From: Octopus vulgaris
Lineage: Eukaryota
NCBI GenBank assembly: GCA_951406725.2
Contig: OX597819.1
Location: 7,316,001 to 7,380,000 of the forward strand
DNA: 64,000 nt
Direction of reading: 5' to 3'
Position numbers and translations under genes: made by a program. The notes below the pieces were generated by a model. It did not search any database. It was not told the DNA's origin and saw nothing but the letters and a program-made list of their open reading frames with translations. Positions 25,871 to 37,610 of the stretch are shown here, one piece after another. Positions within the stretch are counted from its first letter, which is position 1. Each line of letters begins with the position of its first letter.

Positions 25871-26149
25871 TTATTTTACTTAAAAATTAAATAAGATAAA
25901 ATGTCGTTTAATACTTAAAGTGTTTCTCTGTCAATATTCTTTTACCAGTTTCAGTCACTGGATAGCAGCTATGATGGATTTTTGTTTTCAAAGAATTTAA
26001 TCAGTTATATTAAATTTAGTACATTAGTACTTAATTTACCAAGACCCCCCCAAAAAAAAGGCCTCTATTTGGACATGAAATATTGGAATCCTATATCACA
26101 TTGATTCCGTTATCCTCCACCAATATACGACCCCACTATCCTTTTACTA

Positions 26150-26365
26150 TTTCTTTTACTTGTTTCAGTCATTTGACTGTGGCCATGCTGGAGCACTGCC
26201 TTTAAGGGTTTTTTAGTCGAGGAAATTAACTCAAGGACTTGTTCTTTATAAGCCTAGTACTTATTCTATTGGTTTCTTTTGCTGAACTGCTAAGTTATGG
26301 GGACATAAACACACCAACATCGGTTGTCTAGTGATGGTGTGGGGTGGGGCAGACACACACACATA

Positions 26366-26409
<44 letters not shown>

Positions 26410-26573
26410 TACGACAGGCTACTTTCAGTTTCTATCTACCAAATTCACTCACAAGGCTTTGGTCGGCCTGAGGCTATTGTAGAAGACACTGGCCCAAGGT
26501 TCCACACCGAGGGACTGAATCTGGAACCATGTGGTTGGGAAGCAGGCTTCTTACCACACAGCCACGCCTGTGC
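26150..26573 (-). mobile_element. SINE family A, older subfamily
   Basis: Diverged match; similar old copies near 13615-13938, 26805-27147, 31545-31913, 41945-42118 and 46795-47137. Confidence 0.75.
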
Positions 26574-27274
26574 TTGTATATATATTCTGAGGGGTTTCCG
26601 CAGTTATCTTCTACCAATTTCCCAAGACTTTGTTGACTTGAAGCTAAGGTAATAAAGTTTTACATGAAGTATCATTCAGTGAGAAGGAACCTAGAAATAC
26701 TTGCTTGTGGAGTAAACTTCTTAGCTTTACAGTCATGGCTGTGCTTTTAAGAAAATTGTGAGAGTTTTACATTGAGTTTACTGATTGTTGTGTTGACAAT
26801 CTTTTATCTTTTGTTTCAATCATTGGACTGTGGCCATACTGGAGCACTGTCTTAAAAGGTTTTGGTCAAATAAACCAACATCCAGTACTTATGTTTTAAA
26901 GTCTGATACTTATTCTATTTGCTGTACTGCTAAGTTACACACAAATAAATTAATACCAGTTACCACACACACACATACACATATATACGCAATGGGCTTC
27001 TTTTAGTTAGTTTTTATCTACAAAATCAACTTACAAAACTTTGGTTGGCCTGGGGCTGTAGTAGAAGAAACTTAGCCAATGTGCCACACAGTGGAACCGA
27101 ATCCGTAACTCTGTGGCTGGGAAGCAAACTTCTTTCTACACAGCCACACATTATTATCTACTACAGAATTATTTAACATAAGCTCAACAATGCATGAATA
27201 AAAGCACAAAACCAGAGGACAACATCCTGATGAATGCACTCTAGTGGTAAAACTATTTTGTTTTGAAGAATTAC

Positions 27275-27439
27275 CTAAAGTCCCAGTGATTAAATCCATT
27301 TTATGCATGACTCCATCTCTTTCACCAATGCCAGCTCCATTCTCTCCATAAAGACCAACTGCATGGACTTCATCCACAAATGTCAATGCTCCATATTTAT
27401 GGGCAATATCACAGAGTTCCTCAAGAGGACACACAGCAC
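27275..27439 (-). CDS. ALAS: ALAS coding exon 7
   Basis: catcag|...TTAG|gtaatt, 165 nt; [32 protein letters not shown]...DLITGTL. Confidence 0.97.
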
Positions 27440-27763
27440 CTGATGGAGAAATAAAATAAGACAACATTGTATAAAATGAAATATAAAGTTCCTTCTTAAT
27501 GCAATTTAGTTTTTGTATTGTATTGAATAACTGTTGACTTGTTATTTGGATGGCTGCTCTCTTCTCATTCTGAACTTGTAGACATAATTCATTACTTTGT
27601 GGGTATAAATGAGAAAGTTTGAATCCTAGTTACACTCTACAAAGTCAGCAATTTGGATTTTGAATACTGTTTCAAATGAGTAAGGCACTGTTGATTCTGC
27701 ACAAAACCCATTTGGTATGAGACACTTTTGCACAGAAAATATTTTGTTTTTCTTCTACATAAG

Positions 27764-28120
27764 AATCATGGCCGATGCCAGCGCCGCCTCGACTGGCTTC
27801 CATGCCGGTGGCACGTAAAAAGCACCATCTGAATCGTGGCCAATGCCAGTGCCGCCTCGACTGGCTTCCGTGCCGGTGGCACGTAAAATGCACTAATTCG
27901 ACTGTGGCCGTTGCCAGCTCCGTCTGGCACCTGTGCGGGTGGCACGTAAAAAGCACCCACTACACTCAAGGAGTGGTTGGCGTTAGGAAGGGCATCCAGC
28001 TGTAGAAACACTGCCAGATCAGACTGGGCCTGATGCAGCCTTCTGGCTTCACAGACCCCAGTTGAACCGTCCAACCCATGCTAGCATGGAAAGCGGACGT
28101 TAAACGATGATGATGATGAT
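27764..28120 (+). mobile_element. Family B retroelement 3' end
   Basis: Three tandem units plus tail. Confidence 0.75.
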
Positions 28121-28573
28121 AAGAACTAAACGATTTTTATTTATTGGCATGAACTATAGCAGGAGCAAATAAAAACAGACATTCATAATTACTAACTGAA
28201 AAGTTGAAAGCTTCATTTTGTGATATTTAAAATAAATCTTTTGTCAATAATAATAATCGTTTCTTTGTATGCATGACATGTAAATATGAGACAACTCCAT
28301 ATTCTATCTCTTTCATTTATCATTTCAATAAATTTTAATAGTTCTGATTGTCTGTCTGTGTTAAGTCTATGGCACTCAGTTGACCCATTCCATCAAGATT
28401 GGTAGCTGAAGACAGGAATAAAACAGAACTCATGTCTTGCAGTAGGACAACAGTCCATTAAAGACAAAGTGTACTGTAGTAGTTACCACGAGAGAAACTC
28501 TCACCTCAGCCTTCTGCTGCAAAATGCACTCCTGTTTAAATGTGCCAGTGAGGAGTTTTATCTCCTGCACTAT

Positions 28574-28883
28574 ACTCTTTTACTTGTTTCAGTCATTTGA
28601 CTGTGGCCATGCTGGAGCACCGCCCTTAGTCAAGCAACTCGACCCCAGGACTTATTCTTTTTCTCGGTTGTCAAGCAATGCTAGGGGAACAGACACACAC
28701 ATATATATATACATATATACGACAGGCTTCTTTCAGTTTCCGTCTACCAAATCCACTCACAAGGCATTGGTCGGCCCGGGGCTATAGCAGAAGACACTTG
28801 CCCAAGATGCCACGCAGTGGGACTGAACCCGGAACCGTGTGGTTGGTTAGCAAGCTACTTACCACACAGCCACTCCTGCACCT
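28574..28883 (-). mobile_element. SINE family A with internal deletion
   Basis: Lacks the gtaagcccag...cagcat segment. Confidence 0.85.
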
Positions 28884-29496
28884 ATAGTTTATTCTAACAG
28901 AACATCCATGTTTAAGTGTGGATGAATATTACTTCTTGGTACTGATACTGATTCTGTTGCTAATAAATATTTTTTAGCAAACTTACAACAGATTATACTC
29001 TACTAAAAGTACCCAGGGGGTCAGAAGTTAGTGTAAAAACAAAGTAGTAGTTGGTTAACCTCAATTGAGCAAACCTATGGTCAAAAGCATTCCAGCAGTT
29101 AAACCATCCCATTTTTGGGGAGATGGTATCTAGAATTATCTTTTCTGAGGTGTGTTTCCTTTTAAGATGATGAGGTGCAACTGAGATTTGGCTGCTGTTT
29201 CTAATATGTAGGAGCTCAATTGTTGCTTAGTTATGGAAAGTTTTTATAGAATAAGAAGAAATTTTGATGTATAAGTCAAAGGAAGTGGCCTTAACCTTAG
29301 ACTATGACCTTGAAGACTGGTCAGATTGATTCAGTGATACTAGGGTTTGAACGACTGCAGATCAGGCACTGCAAGAAAAACATGGGTAGATGAAGAGTGA
29401 GTTCACATGTGATCAGTTCTGAAATAATGTAAGTTCACAATAACTGTTTCTTAATAAAGAGAAATGAGAAAAAAAGGGAAACAAAAAAAAGCTTAC

Positions 29497-29676
29497 CACT
29501 CATTGAATGTACAGTCTCGAAGGCCACAATTTTGGGAATGCCTGGATCAGCCTTCCTGAGTAATTGTTCAAGATGGAGAGGATCATTATGGTTGAAAATA
29601 TGCTTTGGTGCTCTACTATTGATGATACCCTGTATCATGGAAGCATGGTTACCAGCATCAGAGAAAAGTTGGACAC
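29497..29676 (-). CDS. ALAS: ALAS coding exon 6
   Basis: ttttag|...AGTG|gtaagc, 180 nt; [18 protein letters not shown]...[13 protein letters not shown]. Confidence 0.97.
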
Positions 29677-29753
29677 CTAAAACAGAAAGATAAAAAAAAA
29701 CAAGTCATATATACATACTCTTCCTTTTGACCCTTTTACTCTTTATTTTATAT

Positions 29754-30095
29754 AGGCGCAGGAGTGGCTGTGTGGTAAGTAGCTTGCTTACCAACCACAC
29801 GGTTCCGGGTTCAGTCCCACTGCGTGGCATCTTGGGCAAGTGTCTTCTGCTATAGCCTCGGGCTGACCAAAGCCTTGTGAGTGGATTTGGTAGACGGAAA
29901 CTGAAAGAAGCCTGTCGTATATATATATATGTATGTGTGTGTTTGTGTGTCTGTGTTTGTCCCCCTAGCATTGCTTGACAACCGATAGAATAAGTACTGG
30001 GCTTACAAAGAATAAGTCCCGGGGTCGATTCGCTCGACTAAAGGCGGTGCTCCAGCATGGCCGCAGTCAAATGACTGAAACAAGTAAAAGAGAGT
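29754..30095 (+). mobile_element. SINE family A with internal deletion
   Basis: Deletion between two ACCGAT microhomologies. Confidence 0.85.
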
Positions 30096-30516
30096 ATATA
30101 TCATGGACTCTCCTGCTGTTAGACGATGCATGAAGGTCTGGCAATTTCTTGCTGAACAACCACACAGCAGATGATTTGTTTATAGTGATCAAACTTTTGT
30201 CTTCACATAAGCTCACTCCCTCCATCAAATCAACATTACCTGTACAGGTGCAACTGGGTGCCACATGTCAGATGACGAAATGATTGCAGAACAATGTAAA
30301 ATGAAATGCTTTGCTCATGAACAACACAATGCCTGGAGCTATAGCAGAAGACACTTGCCCAAGGTGCCACGCAGTGGGACTGAACCCGGAACCATGTGGT
30401 TGGTAAGCAAGCTACTTACCACATAGCCACTCCTGCGCCTCATATATATTATATATATATTACATAATGTATATTCACATTAGAGACACACCACATGCCA
30501 CACCTACACACATATG

Positions 30517-30554
<38 letters not shown>

Positions 30555-32138
30555 TGCACCACACACAAAGAGATATGCTGTTCCATAGAGTTATATAACA
30601 GTTTTGTCATTGATAAAAGAGTTTAAACATTTTTTAATCCTCTCCTTGTTGCTACTTAGACCACCATGAAGTTTTCGTGTAAGAATTGGCTTTAGAATTT
30701 TACATAATGGATTACACAGACATGCTTAATCTCTCCTGCATATCCATACTCAATGAAATCAAAACTTCTTTTGTACTGGTTATTTACCAGAGCATGACTG
30801 TAGCCAAAATATCTAAAGTTAGTAAGATCAGGCAAATTTAACCCATTCATACTTAAATATATCCCAACCAGTCAACCTTATATTTGTAAACTTGTGGACT
30901 AATTGCCAGTCAAAATCATTAGGATAACATTAAAAAGATTTGTAGATAATTGGCGCCATCACTAGTCAAATGCATAAAACCAATTTTAAGTCAAAATTTA
31001 GAGAATACATATATATAAAAAAAATCTTTTGTTAATTGACTAAGTTGTCTGTTCATGCAGACATTACAAGTTGATAGCATCATCATCATCATCATCATTT
31101 AGCGTCCGTTTTCCATGCTAGCATGGGTTGGACGGTTCAAGTGGGGTCTGTGAAGCCAGAAGGCTGCATCAGGCCCAGTCTGATCTGGCAGTGTTTCTAC
31201 GGCTGGATGCCCTTCCTAACGCCAACCACTCCGCGAGTGTAGTGGGTGCTTTTTACGTGCCACCCGCACATCCAGTATCAATTAACATAGGTGTGCTAAA
31301 TCTGAATATTTGGGTGTTTGCTCCTCAAGAAGTTGGCTTGTTTATACTGTGAAGCTTGAATTCTGTCAAGATTATTTCTCTGTGAGGAAAACAAAATCTA
31401 CAACATGACAGGAGCCTTGTCATCCAACTACAAATCTACCTGAGAAGGTGTGTTTTTCATCTGCTCATTACTATGGGAAATGAGACAAGCTCAAGCACAA
31501 GAACATGCTTAGACACAAGGTACACTTAGCCGAGTAAAACAACTTTATCTTTCATCTTTTACTTGTTTCAGTCATTAGATTGCAGCCATGTTGGGGCACT
31601 GCTTTGAAGAATTTGTAGCTGAATGAATCGACCCCAGTACCTATTTTCTTTTAAACCTGGTACTTATTCTATCGGTCTCTTTTGCAGAACTGCTAAGCTA
31701 CAGAGATATAAACCAACACTGGTTGTCAAACGGTGGTCAGGGGACAGACACAAGGATACACACATGAGGGATTCTTTCAGTTTCTGTTTACCAAATCCGT
31801 TCACAAGGCTTTGGTTGCCCAAGGCTATAGTAGAAGACACTTGCCCAAGATGCCATGCAGTGAGAGTGAACCCAGAACCATGTGGTTAGGAAGCAAGCTT
31901 CTTACCACACAGCTACATGTTTTCCAATATTAGCATGGGTTGGACATCATGTGAATATATATATATATATATACATAGTAAGGCAGTACTGGCATCGGTC
32001 ACAACTATGACTTTACTTGACTCAACAGGTCTTCACAAGCACAGGTCATTGCCCAATGAGTGAAAGGTGATTGAGGCCAAGATATGCATGACAACTAAGA
32101 GGTTGTCATGCAAAGTTTTTTAACTACACAGCTATGCT

Positions 32139-32173
<35 letters not shown>

Positions 32174-32175
32174 TA

Positions 32176-32410
32176 TATTTAAAGCAGCAGAAAATTCAAC
32201 AAAACCTGTTACTCTGAGTTTCCCGTTGCTGTTCATCGGACAGTTTTTTGCTAAATTCTAGCAAAAATTGTCCGATGAACGGCAACGGGAAACTCAGAGT
32301 AACAGGTTTTCTTGAATTTTCTGCTGCTTTAAATAAAGCATATTACTCTACCACTGGTATTTGAGTACTCTTTTTCCCACCTTGTTTCACATTTATGTGT
32401 TTACTCCAGT
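32176..32410. mobile_element. Penelope-like element inverted pseudo-LTR remnant with two hammerhead-like motifs
   Basis: About 78-bp inverted arms (32176-32253 / 32259-32335) with a 5-nt spacer; each arm has CCGATGA...GAAACTCAGAGTA; flanked by (TA)n on both sides. Confidence 0.65.
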
Positions 32411-33094
32411 ATATATATATATATGAACATGTACAAACACACACATATTTCCAGGTGGCACAACTACAATAACAAATGTAATTTTGTGAAGTAACATGAG
32501 CAACCATACTTAGCTAAAACTGTTCAAATCACTAGAAATGCTAGGCCATTTAATTTCTAATCTTTCCTCGCCACCACCAAAAGCAGGAGGAGCAATAGTT
32601 ACACAGTTGCAAACATTTACTACATGTTGAGTGAAAACAATGTAAAGTACAGACACATGTCTCAATTATTGTCTTTCCTCTTCAAGGTCAAAAACACTTC
32701 AAATGTGATAAATTACTGACCTCCTGCAAAGTCGTAGTAAGATACACAATGGCATACTATTCCTGACCACAAGGTAATTCCACTTATTAGCGAAGACCCA
32801 CTCACCAACATACACTCCTTGGTCTTACAAATGTCTCCTTTCATTGCTTATTCTACCAATTCTATAATGAGATACACCCCTTGTAACTAACTAACTGCAT
32901 ACCACTTACAAACCCTCTTTTTCCTCATCTCTTCCTTGTCACTACTTCTGTACTCATAACACCAGGCTTTACATAAACTGTTATGGTTCATCTTTTCTGG
33001 AAACTTTTGGAATTCCCTTTTCACCATGCTTTCTCCAAGTTGAATGAAATCTGCATTGATCTGAACAGTTTTTGTGTAAGCTTGCCTAATAAGT

Positions 33095-33515
33095 GAAGAC
33101 GCAGGCTGGAAAGCGGAATATTTTCCTATCGAAGTTGGATGTAGAGGGTTTGTTAGACACAGCGTGAGACGACTGTTGTTATCGATAGGCTTAACTCATC
33201 GTAAAGTCAATACCACCATGACTGATATCCAATCTACAGTGGAGAAGGCTAGCCACTGGATTTGGTTAAAAAGAGACGATAAGCGATGGCTAGAAGTATA
33301 TTGAGTTCTTCATTACCAGCTGATCTAGCAAGCGGGGCCTCATATCAGTGAGGGGGGCCGGTGCGCATTGATGCCGTCGAGAGGTAGGCCCCGAAATGGC
33401 GCGCATTCTCTCCTGATGACCCCATACACTTGCTAGCTTCCGGTATACGGAGCTTTTAACGGGCAGCACTTGCATGTGCAAGTTGTTTGCAAGACATCAG
33501 AAGGAATTCTAAAAT
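33095..33515 (+). mobile_element. 3' fragment of a Hero-like (R2 group, restriction-like endonuclease) non-LTR retrotransposon
   Basis: Uninterrupted frame 33095-33304 EDAGWKAEYFPIEVGCRGFVRHSVRRLLLSIG...TVEKASHWIWLKRDDKRWLEVY*; PIEVGCRGF and EKASxWxWLKR are recognised as Hero-type C-terminal motifs; structured 3' UTR follows; 3' boundary approximate. Confidence 0.8.
33325..33436 (+). ncRNA. Rearranged (non-circularly permuted) hammerhead ribozyme candidate
   Basis: GUC 33376-33378, GAAA 33393-33396 and CUGAUGA 33413-33419, with stems I, II and III all pairable (see findings). Confidence 0.65.
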
Positions 33516-33857
33516 CTTATTATTGCATAAAAGGTATACCAACATTACTATTATTGTAACACACATTGCATGCCAACAAAGGAGCCTCTATGTTGTGCTA
33601 GAAATAACACTTATAACTTCCTCATATAGTGTCTTCAGAATTCACAGAAGTTCTTAAAATAGTTGTTCAGCTCTAGGTTCAATCGTATTAAGCAAATAAG
33701 AAACATAACACTCTCAAGTTTCAGCAAAACTCCTCCATTTATTTTGTTTTTTCATGCCAGTAAAGGTCAGACAATTTTGTAATTCTGAATGTCATTGCAA
33801 GCTTCTGGGCCCAGGTAATTGATTTTCACCAATTAATATTATATAGTGACATGAGTT

Positions 33858-34290
33858 TGTAGTGATGCTGCTGTGTAAGGTTCAGCGCACATGCGCAGAA
33901 TGGGATTACTTCCGGTTGGCCACTGGAAGTCTTCCCCATGCGCATGTGCGGGAAACTGACCCTTAAAACGTGGTCCACTCACTCAGCCTCTCTGGCCCTA
34001 GCAGCCCTCGTGAACGGACGTGTACTGGCAGTCTCTGAGGACTTCATACCAACCAAGCAGCAAACCACAACGAATCATTTCGACCAACAAACAAGAATCA
34101 GTACTACAGATTCGGCTGTCGGTTTCCCTCCAGAGAACGCGTACACCAGTTCTACATTACGACGAGAAATAAACAACATTTTTGCTGTGTTCGTAGATTG
34201 CCTGACTTGTCTGTTATTTTAACTAAAATTGAATGTGACGGGGTCAGATCGGACACCCCTCCAGTGATACCGAATCTAGATCCTGTTACA
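33858..34290 (+). mobile_element. Solo LTR (433 bp)
   Basis: TGTA...TACA termini, 4-bp TSD AGTT (33854-33857 and 34291-34294), internal AATAAA, CpG-rich. Confidence 0.82.
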
Positions 34291-35041
34291 AGTTATTATT
34301 ATTTTTTATTTTGTTGTGGAAGAGAGTGTACAAATTAGAGATTTTTATACCTTAACTTGAAGCACAGCCCACATTGTTAAGACATTTAATAGCCAATAAA
34401 GTCAAATATCAATAGCTAAACACAAACCAGCATGTTCTCATTGAAGCATGAAGTCAACATCTTAGAGTCTATTTGATATTGTTAACATAATGATAGTTAG
34501 TAGTCAATTATTTATTGGTAGCTAACTCATTTGTAAATACCACAAATACATATTCACATGGGTCAATAACTGGGGTAATTTGTAAATATCCCACCTGCAT
34601 TATCATACCTATGGCTAAAATAAATTACAAGTAGCATGCTTACATTGACTAATAGCTAAACTAACTTATACTTGCATGTATCTATCAATAATTGACTTGA
34701 ATTTTTAACTACTACACTTAGGTTCCCACAATTTTGTCATTTCAAACTTGATAATGAGCTTTGCATGAAACATTGATTCCTCTTTCTGACTTAATAGCAA
34801 TTTTGATCATTTCTTTACCATATGTTATTCTCTGAATATGTCTTGCTAATGCAGACCAACAATTAGATTCCTCACCTTCTGATGTTTCTTCTCAATATTT
34901 AAAACAATCTTTAAATATCTCACATCTATCAATAACTTTTAAATACTTAATCTCCTAATAGGTGATATCTAACTCATATTGATTGACCACTAAATTCACA
35001 AGTTATTTTTAATCCTTTCTCTGTTTATTTCTTCGTGTTCC

Positions 35042-35075
35042 TTTCTGTTGAAGAGCATAGGCTCGAAACGTAAAA
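35042..35075 (+). ncRNA. Variant minimal hammerhead-like motif (Penelope-like remnant at about 35010-35166)
   Basis: ttt-CTGTTGA-a-gagc atag gctc-GAAA-CG-TA-aaa; core has an A6>U change; followed by (TA)n(CA)n. Confidence 0.5.
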
Positions 35076-35165
35076 TACTTTCTCACCTTCCGGAGCATCA
35101 AACTAATACACCTGCTTGTTGTTTATACACCTGTCTTCGACTTTTATTTTTCTGTAAATTTCAAC

Positions 35166-35199
<34 letters not shown>

Positions 35200-35284
35200 T
35201 ATATCACCTGCATTATTATCATTCCAATACCTGAAATCAATCACAAACATCACACCTACAACTACCAATAGCTAAAAGTAACTT

Positions 35285-35317
<33 letters not shown>

Positions 35318-36655
35318 ATACATATATATATATATATATATATATGAACATTACCATCATCTTAACATCTACTCTTCCATGTTTGCATGGGTTAGATGGT
35401 GTTTATTAAGGCAGAATTTTTTTATGGCCAGATATCATTTCCAGTTGCCAACCCTCACCTGATTCCAAGCAAAGTAATGTATTTTTCCACAGGCAGCAGA
35501 ATAATGAAAATGAACGATACAGCTTGTATGACAAAGATAACCATTTATATCTATCATGCAATGTCAAAACAAGAAGATATAAGCACACACACATGAGAGA
35601 CTTCTTTCAGCTTCTGTCTACCAGATCCACCGACAAGAATTTGGTTGGTCTGGAGCTATAGTAGACGTCACTTGCCTAAGGTGCCATGCAGTGGGACTGA
35701 ACCCAGAACTATGTGATGAGGAAGGAAACCTTCTTAGCATACAGCCATGCTTGCACCTTCACCATACCTGATATATATTATCACAACTACTGATAACTAA
35801 AATAACATGTAAATATTGCACCTGCCTCTGTCAGTAACTGAAGTAATTTCTAATGACAACTGCCACTTACATTTTTGAAATTTTTTATGATACAAAGATA
35901 TTTACTCATTTCTTGGCATCAAATAAACATAAAACTTTTCCAAGAAGAATTTTTGAGACATTGATTGAGAGGAAAAAGCACAGGGTTTGGACTAACATCA
36001 ACATCACCTGCACCTGAAACATACCCTGCATGACAGGTGACATATGCTGCAATTTACCCCAAACTTTCCAGAATATAGAGATAGTGAGATCTATCTCTAT
36101 TTGAATAAGAACAACAATTTCTTTGCAGAACACATAATTTTGATTGTTAGATACTTGCTTACAGGATAAGATGTAAAGATGGTCATGATGATGATAATTT
36201 TACAATTTCAACATTAGTTTAGAAAGTATACACAACCTCAAATACAATATCTTTGGATATTGTGTTTTATTCATTTGAGTTTCTATAAAAAGTTAGCCAA
36301 GTCAATAAGGAAACTAGAAAACTAACCAATGGCATAACACTTTGAGATTGTGTCACCAGTACTGGGTTGTGTCCATGGCAAATATGTTAAGATCACATCT
36401 AAATCAACAGAGTCCTAAATGAATATCACAGGATGGTATAATTCACAAGTGTTGGCAATAGTCCAATGGAGTTTACTATTTTGCTGGCTTACAGTACTGA
36501 ATTAAATGTGTTGCATAAGAAAAGTTACTTGTGATAGACCAGTACCCTCCCTATAGATAGATGTATCTCATCTGTTTAAGGTTATGAAAACTGAGTCTGA
36601 ATATTCAGAAAAGGTTTAATTTTCAGTCTACATTGACTACCTCTCATTTATTTAA

Positions 36656-36876
36656 CCCTTTCGTTACTAACCCGGCTGAAACCAGCCCTAGCTCTGTAGT
36701 ACAAATGTCTTGTTTTCATAAGTTTTGAATTAAAATATTCTACCAAACCTTAGTCACAATTAATGTTCCTAACACTAACTTAATGATAACTAAGTTATTT
36801 TACTAAATTCTTTGTTATATTTAAAATATTTGAGAGAAAATCAGAGAATCTCAAAATAAATACAATAATGAAAGGG
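36656..36876. mobile_element. piggyBac-type MITE family 1
   Basis: TTAA TSD, CCCTTT/AAAGGG termini, 221 bp; about 55 nt from the ALAS exon 5 donor. Confidence 0.9.
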
Positions 36877-36930
36877 TTAATATACAAGAAAGTACAGTAA
36901 AGTATGAAAAAATAGGAGTCACAAATTTAC

Positions 36931-37115
36931 CTGGTAAATGCTTGCCTAAGGTACAAAGTGTTGAGTCATTTGCTACATAACAGGATGTAAACAGTAAGGC
37001 AGCTTCTTTATTGTGGAGAGAAGCAATCTCTTTCTCTAGTAACTCATGCAATGGAGAATTACCAGAGATATTACGAGTACCACCTGCCCCAGCACCATGT
37101 TTTTCCAAAGCTTCT
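36931..37115 (-). CDS. ALAS: ALAS coding exon 5
   Basis: tttcag|...CCAG|gtaaat, 185 nt; [20 protein letters not shown]...[23 protein letters not shown]. Confidence 0.97.
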
Positions 37116-37191
37116 CTGAAAGATACAAAATTAAATACAAAATGAAATCATAGAGCACCTTTGACAATAGTAAGTAGTAACATTATATATT

Positions 37192-37480
37192 ACTCTTTTT
37201 TACTTGTTTCAGTCATTTGACTGTGGCCATGCTGGAGCACTGCCTTTAATCGAGCAACTCGACCCCGGGACTTATTCTAGGGGGACAAACACAATCACAC
37301 AAATGCATATATATATATACATATATACGACGGGCTTCTTTCAGTTTCCATCTACCAAATCCACTTACAAGGCATTGGTCGGCCCGAGGCTATAGTAGAA
37401 GACACTTGCTCAAGTTGCCACGCAGTGGGACTGAACCCGGAACCATGTGGTTGGTAAACAAGCTACTTACCACACAGCCA
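37192..37480 (-). mobile_element. SINE family A with internal deletion
   Basis: cttattct joined directly to agggggacaaac. Confidence 0.82.
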
Positions 37481-37610
37481 CAGAAGGGCTCGATATGAAT
37501 CACGACTATAAGATATCCGGTTTTGGTTAAATTGCACTGCAAAATGTGGGAGTAGTTAGGAATCTAAATCGTAGGAGACAGACACACAACTTGAATTTTA
37601 TATATAAAGA
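37481..37610 (-). mobile_element. Helitron 5' fragment
   Basis: Matches the 5' 130 bp of the 60675 and 51529 elements; abuts a SINE. Confidence 0.7.
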
